Of a DNA stretch of 61,876 nucleotides, positions 9,998 to 18,884 are shown in pieces. A program made the translations under genes and the position numbers. The number at the start of each line of letters is the position of its first letter. Position 1 is the first letter of the stretch. Below the pieces are notes generated by a model. That model saw only the letters and a program-made list of their open reading frames with translations. It did not search any database and was not told the origin of the DNA. The DNA comes from Lachnospiraceae bacterium (GTDB lineage: Bacteria; Bacillota; Clostridia; Lachnospirales; Lachnospiraceae), in NCBI GenBank assembly GCA_051879415.1, contig JBJELZ010000063.1:1-61876 (forward strand). The letters run 5' to 3'.

Positions 9998-10045
9998 AGT
10001 TAAGGGGGTATAATTTCCATTTTCGATAATTATACCCCCTTAACT
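9998..10045. repeat. Perfect 18-bp inverted repeat with 12-nt loop
   Basis: AGTTAAGGGGGTATAATT / AATTATACCCCCTTAACT. Confidence 0.9.
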
Positions 10046-10075
10046 GGCAAAAATGATTATTTCTGTACGATGTGT

Positions 10076-10978
10076 TTAGATCAGCGCTGTACTGAAATAT
10101 CGTTCTGCACGGTCTGCAAGGATTGTTACAATGGTCTTATCTTTACCATATTTCTCGGCCATTTTCTTGGCAGCCCAGACATTGGCACCCGAGGAGGTTC
10201 CTACCAGACAGCCCTGCACAGCGGCAAGTTCTCTGGCTGTGTTAATCGCATCTTCATCTGACACCTCTACAATATCTGTAATGATTGATGTGTCCAGTAC
10301 ATCCGGAATGAAACCGTCGCCGATTCCCTGAATCTGGTGAAGACCTGGTTCATCTCCAAGGAGTGCGGATACATTTTTGGGTTCTACAGCGACTACCTTG
10401 CAGTCGGGATTGGTTTTGAGAATGTAGGATGCAACTCCCTGCAGCGTTCCGCCGCTGCCAATACCGGATACGAAGATATCGATTTTTTTACCAAGCTGCT
10501 CTACAATTTCTGCACCGGTGGTCAGGAAATGAGTTTCGGGGTTAGCCGGATTTTCAAACTGCTGGGGCACAAAATAGTTGTCTGAGGAGGATGCAATCTC
10601 CAGTGCTTTCTGCACAGAACCATCAATGCTCAGTTCAGCGGGAGTAAGCACCAGCTCAGCCCCCAGTGCATGGATGATTTTCTTGCGTTCGTCGCTCATA
10701 TTTTCCGGCATAACAATGATTACCTTATAGCCTTTGCGTACACCGCACAATGCCAGACCGATTCCGGTATTGCCGGAGGTAGGCTCAATAATTGTCATTC
10801 CGGGTCTTAGCTTTCCGCTTTTTTCTGCCTCTTCAAGCATATGAAGTGCAATTCTGTCTTTGATACTGCCGCCGGGATTTAAAAATTCTGCCTTGGCGAA
10901 GATATGGCAGCCGGTGGTTTCCTCTAAGCTCAGCAACGGCGTATTGCCGATTAAATCCAAAATATTCGTGTAAAACAT
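10076..10978 (-). CDS. cysK: Cysteine synthase A (O-acetylserine sulfhydrylase)
   Basis: KAEFLNPGGSIKDR PLP-lysine motif, EPTSGNTG, GIGSGGT and HQIQGIG; GGAGG RBS. Confidence 0.93.
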   Translation of the reverse strand: MFYTNILDLIGNTPLLSLEETTGCHIFAKAEFLNPGGSIKDRIALHMLEEAEKSGKLRPGMTIIEPTSGNTGIGLALCGVRKGYKVIIVMPENMSDERKKIIHALGAELVLTPAELSIDGSVQKALEIASSSDNYFVPQQFENPANPETHFLTTGAEIVEQLGKKIDIFVSGIGSGGTLQGVASYILKTNPDCKVVAVEPKNVSALLGDEPGLHQIQGIGDGFIPDVLDTSIITDIVEVSDEDAINTARELAAVQGCLVGTSSGANVWAAKKMAEKYGKDKTIVTILADRAERYFSTALI

Positions 10979-11069
10979 ATGATTTCCTCCAGAAATTACA
11001 TTTTCCATAGAATATAATATGCGATACCCTCTGCAAAATCAAGTCGGAGAAATTTCTTTAGATGATTTC

Positions 11070-11900
11070 TTATGCCTCGTACCCAACGATGATGCCGCCT
11101 TCTTCCGCATAATAACAACATAATCCACGATTTTCTGTTATGGTGATATCACTTTGGGGGTGTGTCTTTCGGATCATGGAGGCAAGGGTATTGGCTGCAT
11201 CCGGATTGAAGGAATGGGCAATACGTACTTTGCCGCCTTGATAGCCCTGCTTGATCATATCATCATAAATCTGGGAAATGGCTTTCTGTTCGCCACGGCA
11301 TTTATGCATCATTTCCAGAGTGCCCTCTGCACTTGCCCTGCCGGTGATACGGATGCCCAAGATGCCCGCAGCCTTTGCAATTACCGGACTGACGCGGCCG
11401 TTTTTGGCAAAATGATCCAGCGATTCCAGGGAAAATAACAGATGTGTATGGGTAGAATATTCCTGGATCTGATGACAGATGGTTTCAAAATCACAGCCGG
11501 CGGTAACCAGTTCATGATATTTTTCCAGAATTAACTGCATCTCCGGACCGGTGGAAAGGGAATCCAGAATAAATACCTTTGCTTCAGGGTTCCGGTCGGT
11601 GTACTCCTTTGCCGCAATGTAGGCAGAATTGTAGGAGCCGGAAAGTCCGCTGGTAATGGCAACTCCAAGTACCATATCTGCTCCGTCAAAGGCATCAATC
11701 CAGTTTTGTACACTGGGACAGGCGGAACTTGTTTTTCCTTTATATGCCCGTAGCGCAGAGAGCATGGCAGTAACATCCAGATCTTTATCATCCACATATT
11801 CTTTGTCGCCGATCTGAATGGTAAGAGGTGCGTATGCAACCTCCATTTCCTGAAGGGTATGAAAATTGGCAGAGGAATCTGCAACAAGCTTTATTTTCAT
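11070..11900 (-). CDS. degV: DegV family protein
   Basis: VADSS, TSSACPS, ITSGLSGSYNSA and KNGRVS motifs. Confidence 0.9.
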   Translation of the reverse strand: MKIKLVADSSANFHTLQEMEVAYAPLTIQIGDKEYVDDKDLDVTAMLSALRAYKGKTSSACPSVQNWIDAFDGADMVLGVAITSGLSGSYNSAYIAAKEYTDRNPEAKVFILDSLSTGPEMQLILEKYHELVTAGCDFETICHQIQEYSTHTHLLFSLESLDHFAKNGRVSPVIAKAAGILGIRITGRASAEGTLEMMHKCRGEQKAISQIYDDMIKQGYQGGKVRIAHSFNPDAANTLASMIRKTHPQSDITITENRGLCCYYAEEGGIIVGYEA

Positions 11901-11938
11901 TGTTAGATAGGTCTCCTTTTGTCAAAGTTTGCATTGTT

Positions 11939-11967
11939 AGTATACGAGTTTGAAATAACCATGTCAA
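11939..11967 (-). promoter_or_regulatory. SigA promoter of the second degV
   Basis: TTGACA-N17-TATACT on the minus strand. Confidence 0.7.
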
Positions 11968-12010
11968 GGGGTTTTCAAAAACCTGTGAAGAAATATAAAA
12001 AACCGTCAAA

Positions 12011-12039
12011 TTGACATCTATTGAAACATTTAATATACT
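12011..12039 (+). promoter_or_regulatory. SigA promoter upstream of repeat copy A and the DUF1836 gene
   Basis: TTGACA-N17-TATACT. Confidence 0.7.
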
Positions 12040-12072
12040 GAATTTATAAGATTATGTTAAAATATACAGGAG

Positions 12073-12286
12073 CAAAAGTCCGTCTTCGTAATGAAACATG
12101 GCAGAAGACACAAATTAGATAGTTGGATTGACTTTTGTGCTACGGAAAGGAGACTCTGCAAATCGTGGAAGCCATTGCTGAACACGATTTGTAAGTTTAG
12201 AGGCTCATTGGAGTGTTTAGCACATCGGAAATCAAACTATCTAATTTGTGCCTTCTGCCATCACAGAGATTTAAAGTGGACTTTTG
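12073..12286 (+). repeat. Dispersed 214-bp palindromic element, copy A
   Basis: Ends CAAAAGTCC/GGACTTTTG; inner arms 12098-12124 and 12235-12261 (26/27 complementary); core AAATCGTGGAAGCCATTGCTGAACACGATTT shared with copies B-D. Confidence 0.9.
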
Positions 12287-12327
12287 TGATACATTTTTCA
12301 AAATCAGTAGTAAGGTGGAAACAGGAA

Positions 12328-12870
12328 ATGAAGAAAACGGTATTGACCAGGGAAGTGATAGAAGCGGTTCGGGATTTTTCCCTGCCAACCTATGACCGGC
12401 TGCCGGATATGGGACTCTATCTGGAGCAGACGACAAAATATATCAATCAGACGCTGCAGCCATTGGGCTGTTTTGAACTGACCGGTTCCATGATCCGCAA
12501 TTATGTCAAGCAGGGACTGATCGATAATCCGGTCAGGAAGCAGTATTACAGTAGACATATAGCATATCTTCTGGCACTTACGGTATTTAAACCGGTTTTG
12601 CCGCTGGAGCATATTCATCAGATGTTTCGTCTGCAGAAGGCTTCCTATCCCCTGCAGACTGCATATGATTATTTTGGCAGGACTTTTACGGACAGTCTGC
12701 AATTTCGTTTTGGCATTACTGATTCATTAAATGATACCGGATCCACGGAATCTCTTGAGAAGGAGCTGCTTTCCTGTGCAGTAACAGCAGTGTCCCATAT
12801 GATTTATCTGAACACCTGTTATAAGCTGATTGCAGAAGGTGAAAGAAAGTCCGGTTCTGACAAAGGATAA
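12328..12870 (+). CDS. DUF1836 domain protein (putative regulator, often found beside degV)
   Basis: LPDMGLYLEQ...LTGSMIRNYVKQGLI..P.RKQY..HIAYL pattern. Start at MKKTVL; the longer called ORF runs through the repeat. Confidence 0.8.
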   Translation: MKKTVLTREVIEAVRDFSLPTYDRLPDMGLYLEQTTKYINQTLQPLGCFELTGSMIRNYVKQGLIDNPVRKQYYSRHIAYLLALTVFKPVLPLEHIHQMFRLQKASYPLQTAYDYFGRTFTDSLQFRFGITDSLNDTGSTESLEKELLSCAVTAVSHMIYLNTCYKLIAEGERKSGSDKG

Positions 12871-12944
12871 AATCATAGAAATATTGTATTCTTCAACCTT
12901 TTTATGTATAATAAGGATGATTTTGGCAGAAAGGCATAAATATT

Positions 12945-14129
12945 ATGGAAACGTATGAAATTCTAAGGGATTTGGCAATTATTCTTCTGGCAGCAAAATT
13001 TATGGCAATTGTTGCAAAGAAAGTGAAAGCACCTGCAGTTGTGGGAGAGATTATCGCAGGGTTGATTATCGGTCCCTGCCTGCTGAATCTGGTGGTAACT
13101 TCGGATTTTATCTCTAAGATGGCTGAAATTGGTGTCATTCTGATCATGTTTTCCGCAGGACTGGAGACCAATCTGAAGGAACTGAAGAAATCCGGTCTGG
13201 TGGCATTTTTAATTGCATGTATGGGTGTGCTTGTTCCATTTGTTGGTGGAAGTCTTTTATATATGGCATTTCACGGATGGGCAGCATGGGGCTCTGATGA
13301 ATTTTTTGAAAGCCTGTTCATCGGTTCCATTATGACAGCAACCTCTGTGGGTATTACAGTAGAATGTCTGAAAGAGATGGGATTTTTAAAGGGAAAAGTC
13401 GGTCAGACAATATTGAGTGCAGCAATTATCGATGATGTGATTGGCATTATCGTACTGACTTTTGTAATTGGATTTAAGGATCCTACCTCCAATACGGTTC
13501 TGGTAATCAGTAATACGGTTGTATTTTTCGCACTTGCTCTGGTGGGTGGATACTTTATTTATAAGATTATGCAGAAGCTGGATGCAAGATATCCCCATTC
13601 CAGAAGAATTCCGATTATCGGACTTGGGCTATGCTTTGCCATGGCATATTGTGCAGAGAAATATTTTGGAATTGCAGATATTACAGGAGCCTATGTAGCA
13701 GGTATTATTCTTTGCAATATACATGATGCAGAATATATTGACCGTAAGGTGTCAATCAACAGTTATATGTTCTTTGGACCGATCTTTTTTGTGGGTATCG
13801 GACTCAAGACCAACCTGCGGGAACTGGATACCAGTATGCTCTTGTTTTCCGTATGCTTTGTTCTTGTGGCACTGTTAACGAAGATTATTGGATGTGGTCT
13901 GATGTCCAGGGTATGTGGATTTAAGGGGATTGACTGTCTGAAAATCGGCGTGGGTATGATGACCCGTGGTGAGGTTGCACTGATTATCACCCAGAAAGGC
14001 CTGGCACTTGGAATTATCGATTCCTCCTATTTTACGGCAGTTATTCTGTTGATTATTATTTCCAGTATTTCGGTACCGATTTTGCTGAAATATTTATATG
14101 TGAAAAAGCCGGATGAGATTACTGCTTAG
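12945..14129 (+). CDS. Cation:proton antiporter, CPA2 (NapA-like)
   Basis: AGLET, ATSVGIT, AAIIDD and GMMTRGEVALI motifs. Confidence 0.9.
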   Translation: METYEILRDLAIILLAAKFMAIVAKKVKAPAVVGEIIAGLIIGPCLLNLVVTSDFISKMAEIGVILIMFSAGLETNLKELKKSGLVAFLIACMGVLVPFVGGSLLYMAFHGWAAWGSDEFFESLFIGSIMTATSVGITVECLKEMGFLKGKVGQTILSAAIIDDVIGIIVLTFVIGFKDPTSNTVLVISNTVVFFALALVGGYFIYKIMQKLDARYPHSRRIPIIGLGLCFAMAYCAEKYFGIADITGAYVAGIILCNIHDAEYIDRKVSINSYMFFGPIFFVGIGLKTNLRELDTSMLLFSVCFVLVALLTKIIGCGLMSRVCGFKGIDCLKIGVGMMTRGEVALIITQKGLALGIIDSSYFTAVILLIIISSISVPILLKYLYVKKPDEITA

Positions 14130-14203
14130 AATGAATTAAAGTACGAAATAATGGACATAAAATTTGTTACCTTTGAGCTATAAAAAGCAAGGAGGTAACA
14201 ATT

Positions 14204-14305
14204 ATGAAAGGATATTATATTGACGCAGGTTATATGGGATTCGTGGATTCAAAATATATTCTGTTTGTGAATGAAGAGGAATATCTTGAATTTATGGAAC
14301 AATGA
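14204..14305 (+). CDS. 33-aa small protein (MKGYYIDAGYMGFVDSKYILFVNEEEYLEFMEQ), not in the ORF track
   Basis: AAGGAGGT RBS before the ATG; protein-like composition; ends just before the cellulase start. Confidence 0.7.
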   Translation: MKGYYIDAGYMGFVDSKYILFVNEEEYLEFMEQ

Positions 14306-14325
14306 GAAAGAAAGGGTGTCCAAAG

Positions 14326-16098
14326 ATGAAATTAAGTAAGAAAATGATTGCGGGAATTGTTATGGCAGCTGCATTACTGGTCGGTATCATCGGGTTGTTG
14401 ATTATGATGCCGGGAAAAGGGGTCAGTCAGGCGACAGGAAATCAGGAACAGATGGCAAGCCTGGGTCAGCCGGATTCTAATGCGGGAGAACAGGCAGTCA
14501 TTTCCAATACAGGGGATTCGTCTGATTCCCAGAATGTTGCCGGGGAAACGACAGAGAATACGGATAATACATCTGCGACAGAAAGTACTTCCGGTGAAGA
14601 TACAGGAGCAACTGGTTCCGGTAATGAAGATGGATCAGGAACCACTACAGAAAATACGGACACACAGGATCAAAGCACATCCGGACAGACAGAAGGAGAG
14701 GAAACGGTTCCTTCTGCTCCTGCGGCTCCGGTATCCGGGACACCGGTGGAAATTCACGGAGAATTATCTGTTCGCGGAAGTGGTCTGGTAGATAAAAATG
14801 GTAATCAGTTTCAGCTGCAGGGTGTGTCAACCCATGGTATTGCATGGTTCCCTGAGTATGTGAACAAAGCTGCATTTCAGACAATTCGTGATGAATGGGG
14901 AGCTAACTGCATCCGTCTGGCAATGTATTCTGCAGAATACGGCGGATATTGTACCGGTGGCAATCAGTCGAATTTAAAACAATTGATCAATGATGGTGTT
15001 TCTTACGCAACAGAGCTGGGTATGTATGTCATTATCGACTGGCATATTATGAATCAGGATTCCGATCCGAACATCAATAAGGCTGAGGCATTAAAATTTT
15101 TCGAAGAAATGTCTGCCAAATATGCCGATTATGACAATGTGCTGTACGAAATCTGTAACGAACCCAGTGGTGGGACATCATGGTCTTCCGTTAAAAGCTA
15201 TGCGTTGGAAGTCATTCCGGTAATTAAAGCAAACAATCCGGATGCCATTATTATTGTCGGGACACCAAACTGGTCGCAGGATGTGGATATTGCAGCCAAC
15301 GACCCGATCACAGGATACACGAATATCATGTATGCCATCCATTTCTATGCAGATACGCACCGTGACAGTCTGCGTCAGAAGATGCAGACTGCAATTGATA
15401 AGGGACTTGCACTTTTCTGTACCGAGTTTGGAATCTGTGATGCCAGCGGATCAGGGGCAAATAATATTTCCGAAGGAAATAAGTGGATTTCTGCAATGGA
15501 TTCCAATAACATCAGCTACTGTATTTGGAACCTTTCCAATAAGGCAGAGACCAGTTCTCTGATCCAGAGTGGTTGCAGCAGAACCTCCGGCTGGTCGGAG
15601 AGTGAACTGTCAGAAGCAGGAAAATGGTATGTGGGAATCTTAAATAACGGAGTTACTCCGGGATCAACTAATATTACGTCAGATAACAGTAATAATAACA
15701 ACAATAATAACAATAATAACAATAATAACAATAATAATAACAATAGCAATAATAATAACAGTGCTACCCCGGCAGTAACGGCAAGTGCGGCCAATACACA
15801 GGTAACAATTACCAATTCCGGTGGATGGTCCTCCGGCAGCAGCAATTGTTCCCAATATACAGTTACAGTTAAAAATACCGGAAGTTCCACGGTAAATAAC
15901 TGGAAGGTGACAGTAAGCTTTGGAGGAAATGTTACGCTTGACCAGTCATGGAATGGTAATTTTTCGGCAAGCGGCAGCAATATTGTGATTACTCCGGTTG
16001 ATTTTAATAATGAGATTTCTGCAGGACAAAGTGTTGAGGTTGGATTTATTATTTCCTATTCCGGAAATGTAGGAACACCAACGGTTTCCATTAATTAA
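14326..16098 (+). CDS. Secreted or membrane-anchored GH5 endoglucanase with C-terminal CBM2-like module
   Basis: LQGVSTHG, YVIIDWH, YEICNEP (acid/base), HFYA and CTEFG (nucleophile); Ser/Thr and poly-Asn linkers; Trp-containing CBM2-like tail. Confidence 0.9.
   Translation: MKLSKKMIAGIVMAAALLVGIIGLLIMMPGKGVSQATGNQEQMASLGQPDSNAGEQAVISNTGDSSDSQNVAGETTENTDNTSATESTSGEDTGATGSGNEDGSGTTTENTDTQDQSTSGQTEGEETVPSAPAAPVSGTPVEIHGELSVRGSGLVDKNGNQFQLQGVSTHGIAWFPEYVNKAAFQTIRDEWGANCIRLAMYSAEYGGYCTGGNQSNLKQLINDGVSYATELGMYVIIDWHIMNQDSDPNINKAEALKFFEEMSAKYADYDNVLYEICNEPSGGTSWSSVKSYALEVIPVIKANNPDAIIIVGTPNWSQDVDIAANDPITGYTNIMYAIHFYADTHRDSLRQKMQTAIDKGLALFCTEFGICDASGSGANNISEGNKWISAMDSNNISYCIWNLSNKAETSSLIQSGCSRTSGWSESELSEAGKWYVGILNNGVTPGSTNITSDNSNNNNNNNNNNNNNNNNNNSNNNNSATPAVTASAANTQVTITNSGGWSSGSSNCSQYTVTVKNTGSSTVNNWKVTVSFGGNVTLDQSWNGNFSASGSNIVITPVDFNNEISAGQSVEVGFIISYSGNVGTPTVSIN
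15691..15759 (+). repeat. AAT/AAC microsatellite encoding a poly-Asn linker
   Basis: Read directly from the sequence. Confidence 0.95.
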
Positions 16099-16109
16099 CG
16101 CAGACGATT

Positions 16110-16141
16110 AGGAGCTGCCTTATGGCAGCTCCTGTTTCTTT
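16110..16141. terminator. Intrinsic terminator after the cellulase
   Basis: AGGAGCTGCC-TTAT-GGCAGCTCCT plus a T-rich tail. Confidence 0.8.
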
Positions 16142-16147
16142 GCAGGT

Positions 16148-16336
16148 TCAATGCTCGTGTTTTCTTTTGGGTGGGCATTCGTGCAGACCGCAGGGACCAC
16201 ATCCCGGTTTCTTGGGAGGCTGATGTGGCGGACAGAATGGACAGGAAGGGCCTCTTGGAGGAGGCGGTGGCGGTGGACAGGAAGGACAATGACCGGATCC
16301 GTGTCTTCTTCCGAAAATATTATTATGAAAAAACAT
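16148..16336 (-). CDS. Small Pro/Cys/His-rich protein, possibly spore-associated
   Basis: GAGGT RBS; fills the gap between the terminator and the next gene; strongly biased composition. Confidence 0.55.
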   Translation of the reverse strand: MFFHNNIFGRRHGSGHCPSCPPPPPPPRGPSCPFCPPHQPPKKPGCGPCGLHECPPKRKHEH

Positions 16337-16461
16337 AAATATACCTCAGCATGTCGTTTTATTATATATTATGTAGAATTTGCCGGAAGGGAAGTAAATT
16401 CTAAATTTTAGTATAGAATAGAACAATAAGAAAAAATCTCATAATAGAAGGAGAAATAGAA

Positions 16462-17262
16462 ATGAGCAATACATGCGATCATCAGTGCTCTTCCTGCTCT
16501 GCAGAATGTGGAGATCGTAAGGTGAGCAGTGGAAATAGTCAGGTAAAAAAGGTAATTGGTATCGTCAGTGGAAAAGGTGGTGTGGGTAAGTCCATGGTAA
16601 CGTCTCTGCTTGCCTGTGCTATGCAGAGATCAGGCAAGCAGACTGCGATACTGGATGCAGATATTACGGGCCCCTCGATTCCTACGGCATTTGGACTAAA
16701 GGATAAGGCTAATCTGAAAGGAGAGGAGCTGTATCCGGTTGTAACCAAAAGCGGAATCAAGGTCATGTCGTTAAATCTTTTGATTGAACATGAAACAGAT
16801 CCGGTGATCTGGAGAGGTCCGATTCTTGCCAATTCTGTCATGCAGTTCTGGACAGAGGTTAGCTGGGGTGAAGTGGATTATATGTTTGTGGATATGCCTC
16901 CCGGAACAGGTGATATACCATTGACAATCTATCAGTCTTTGCCCTTGGCGGGTATTATCGTAGTAACATCGCCACAGGAGCTGGTTTCCATGATTGTTGC
17001 CAAGGCTGTGAATATGGCGTCCCGGATGGATATTCCTGTATTAGGTCTGGTTGAGAATATGAGTTATCTGGAATGTCCGGATTGCGGAAAGAAGATTTCC
17101 GTCTTTGGAGAAAGTCAGGTAGAGAAGGTTGCGAAAGAATTTGGAATCCGTAACTATGCAAGGCTGCCGATTCAGCCGGCTCTGGCACAGGCATGTGATC
17201 ATGGAATGATCGAAACAGTGGACGGGCCGTGGCTGAAGGAATTACTGATGCAGCTGAAATAA
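16462..17262 (+). CDS. Mrp/NBP35 (ApbC) Fe-S cluster carrier ATPase
   Basis: SGKGGVGKS, DADITGPS, DMPPGTGD and ENMSYLECPDC; N-terminal Cys cluster. Confidence 0.92.
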   Translation: MSNTCDHQCSSCSAECGDRKVSSGNSQVKKVIGIVSGKGGVGKSMVTSLLACAMQRSGKQTAILDADITGPSIPTAFGLKDKANLKGEELYPVVTKSGIKVMSLNLLIEHETDPVIWRGPILANSVMQFWTEVSWGEVDYMFVDMPPGTGDIPLTIYQSLPLAGIIVVTSPQELVSMIVAKAVNMASRMDIPVLGLVENMSYLECPDCGKKISVFGESQVEKVAKEFGIRNYARLPIQPALAQACDHGMIETVDGPWLKELLMQLK

Positions 17263-17323
17263 AAGATATTCCTATGGAATTATTTTTAAGAAAGAGAGAC
17301 AGAAGGAAAGGTATTTTATTAGC

Positions 17324-18853
17324 ATGACAAATAAAGCGGCAGATATTTTAAAAAGAAATAAAAAGGTATTTTGGTATACGATCATTATTGGTATCCTGAC
17401 TCATGCATTTCGGATGACCAATACGATGATCTGCGCAGATACGACCAATTATTTCACATCGATTTCTCCATCCTGGGTCACAACGCTGGGTAGATTTTTG
17501 CTTCCGGGTGTTGAAAAACTCAGGGGAAATGTGGAGCTGCCGTGGTTGATTGGTCTGATCAGCCTGATTATGATTGCTTTGTCAGCCGTTCTATTTACAG
17601 AATTATTTGATATCAGGGACGAAATTTTTTATGTGATTATCGCCTGGATGTTTTCTGCCAATCCTGTTGTAACTTCGATCTTTGCATATATGTATACTGC
17701 CGATGGCTATATGATTGCGCTGTTTTTCTCTGTATTGACTGCTTATCTTTGTTTTCGTAAGAAGGGAATAGCAGGGCTGCTGTTCGCGTCACTAAGTCTT
17801 GCTGTTTCTACCGGATTTTATCAGGCATTTCTTTCAGTAACGATTCTGTTGATGCTATTTTATCTTTTCAGAATGCTTTCTGTGAAGGAAACTTCCATGA
17901 AGGAAATCGGACGGATGACGGGAAGATGTCTTGCGATAGGAGTAATTGGACTTATTGCTTATGGAATTGTCCTGACAATTGTGCGAAAGGTTGGCGATTA
18001 TCCGGCATTAGCTTACATGGGAATGGATCAGGTAGGTGGTTTTCATGTTGCAGATCTTCTGCAGGCTTTTGTGGACTGCTATGTGGATTTTGCAAGGTTC
18101 TATCTGGTCCGTTTTGAATGGAACTGTTATAATGTCATGAACATCATGATGTTTCTTCTTACAGCGGTAGTATGGTTCGTTCTGGTAACAAAGCGTAAAT
18201 TATGGAAAACGCCGGTCCGCGTGGTTCTTATGGCGTGTTTGTTCCCGTTACTGCCTGTTATCTGCCACATTTTTGAGTTTGCATCCCCGGATGTTTCCTA
18301 TACATCCACATCCATGGAATACAGTCTGATTCTGGTATATCTTTTACTGCTCATTATGTGGACAGACTTAAAGGAGATGAAAGGAAATATCCTGCGTATT
18401 CTTACGGTGGTGCTGCTCTTATGTATCAGTTTCCACTTTACAGTGATTGCCAACAGAGCGTACTATAATATGGAAAATGCCAATACGAAAGTTGAGATGC
18501 TGTTAAATCGTCTGGAAATGCGTATGGAAATGACGGAGGGTTATAGCGAGGATATGCAGCTTGCCATCTATGGTTCCTGCTATCAGATTCCGGAGTATGT
18601 TCCGGATGCACCGATGATGTCCGGCGTGGTTTCCAATATCTTTATCTCCCAGGATTCAGAATATATCAGTATGCTGAATCATTATCTGTCAACATCCTAT
18701 GGAAGGGCAGGAATGGAACAGATGAAGCAGATTGCGGCAACAGAGGAATTTGCGGAGATGGAGCCGTGGCCGTCTGAAAATTCGGTAAGGGTAATTGACG
18801 GGGTTATGGTTTTGTATCTGTCTGATACAGACATAAAGAAATATTTGCCGTAA
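17324..18853 (+). CDS. Multi-pass membrane glucosyltransferase (GtrII-like, GT-C fold)
   Basis: TLGRF, GFYQAF and ~11 TM helices with an extracellular C-terminal domain. Confidence 0.7.
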   Translation: MTNKAADILKRNKKVFWYTIIIGILTHAFRMTNTMICADTTNYFTSISPSWVTTLGRFLLPGVEKLRGNVELPWLIGLISLIMIALSAVLFTELFDIRDEIFYVIIAWMFSANPVVTSIFAYMYTADGYMIALFFSVLTAYLCFRKKGIAGLLFASLSLAVSTGFYQAFLSVTILLMLFYLFRMLSVKETSMKEIGRMTGRCLAIGVIGLIAYGIVLTIVRKVGDYPALAYMGMDQVGGFHVADLLQAFVDCYVDFARFYLVRFEWNCYNVMNIMMFLLTAVVWFVLVTKRKLWKTPVRVVLMACLFPLLPVICHIFEFASPDVSYTSTSMEYSLILVYLLLLIMWTDLKEMKGNILRILTVVLLLCISFHFTVIANRAYYNMENANTKVEMLLNRLEMRMEMTEGYSEDMQLAIYGSCYQIPEYVPDAPMMSGVVSNIFISQDSEYISMLNHYLSTSYGRAGMEQMKQIAATEEFAEMEPWPSENSVRVIDGVMVLYLSDTDIKKYLP

Positions 18854-18884
18854 ATACAAAATGAGAAAGCTGGTAGTAAGATAA

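Noticed and set aside
12091..12327. N-terminal extension of the DUF1836 ORF, plus short ORFs at 12197-12436, 12213-12395 and 44780-45004
   Set aside because: They run through the palindromic repeat, lack good RBSs, and no frame is conserved among the four copies.
15516..15980. Minus-strand ORF with a poly-Leu run
   Set aside because: Antisense shadow of the poly-Asn linker in the cellulase.
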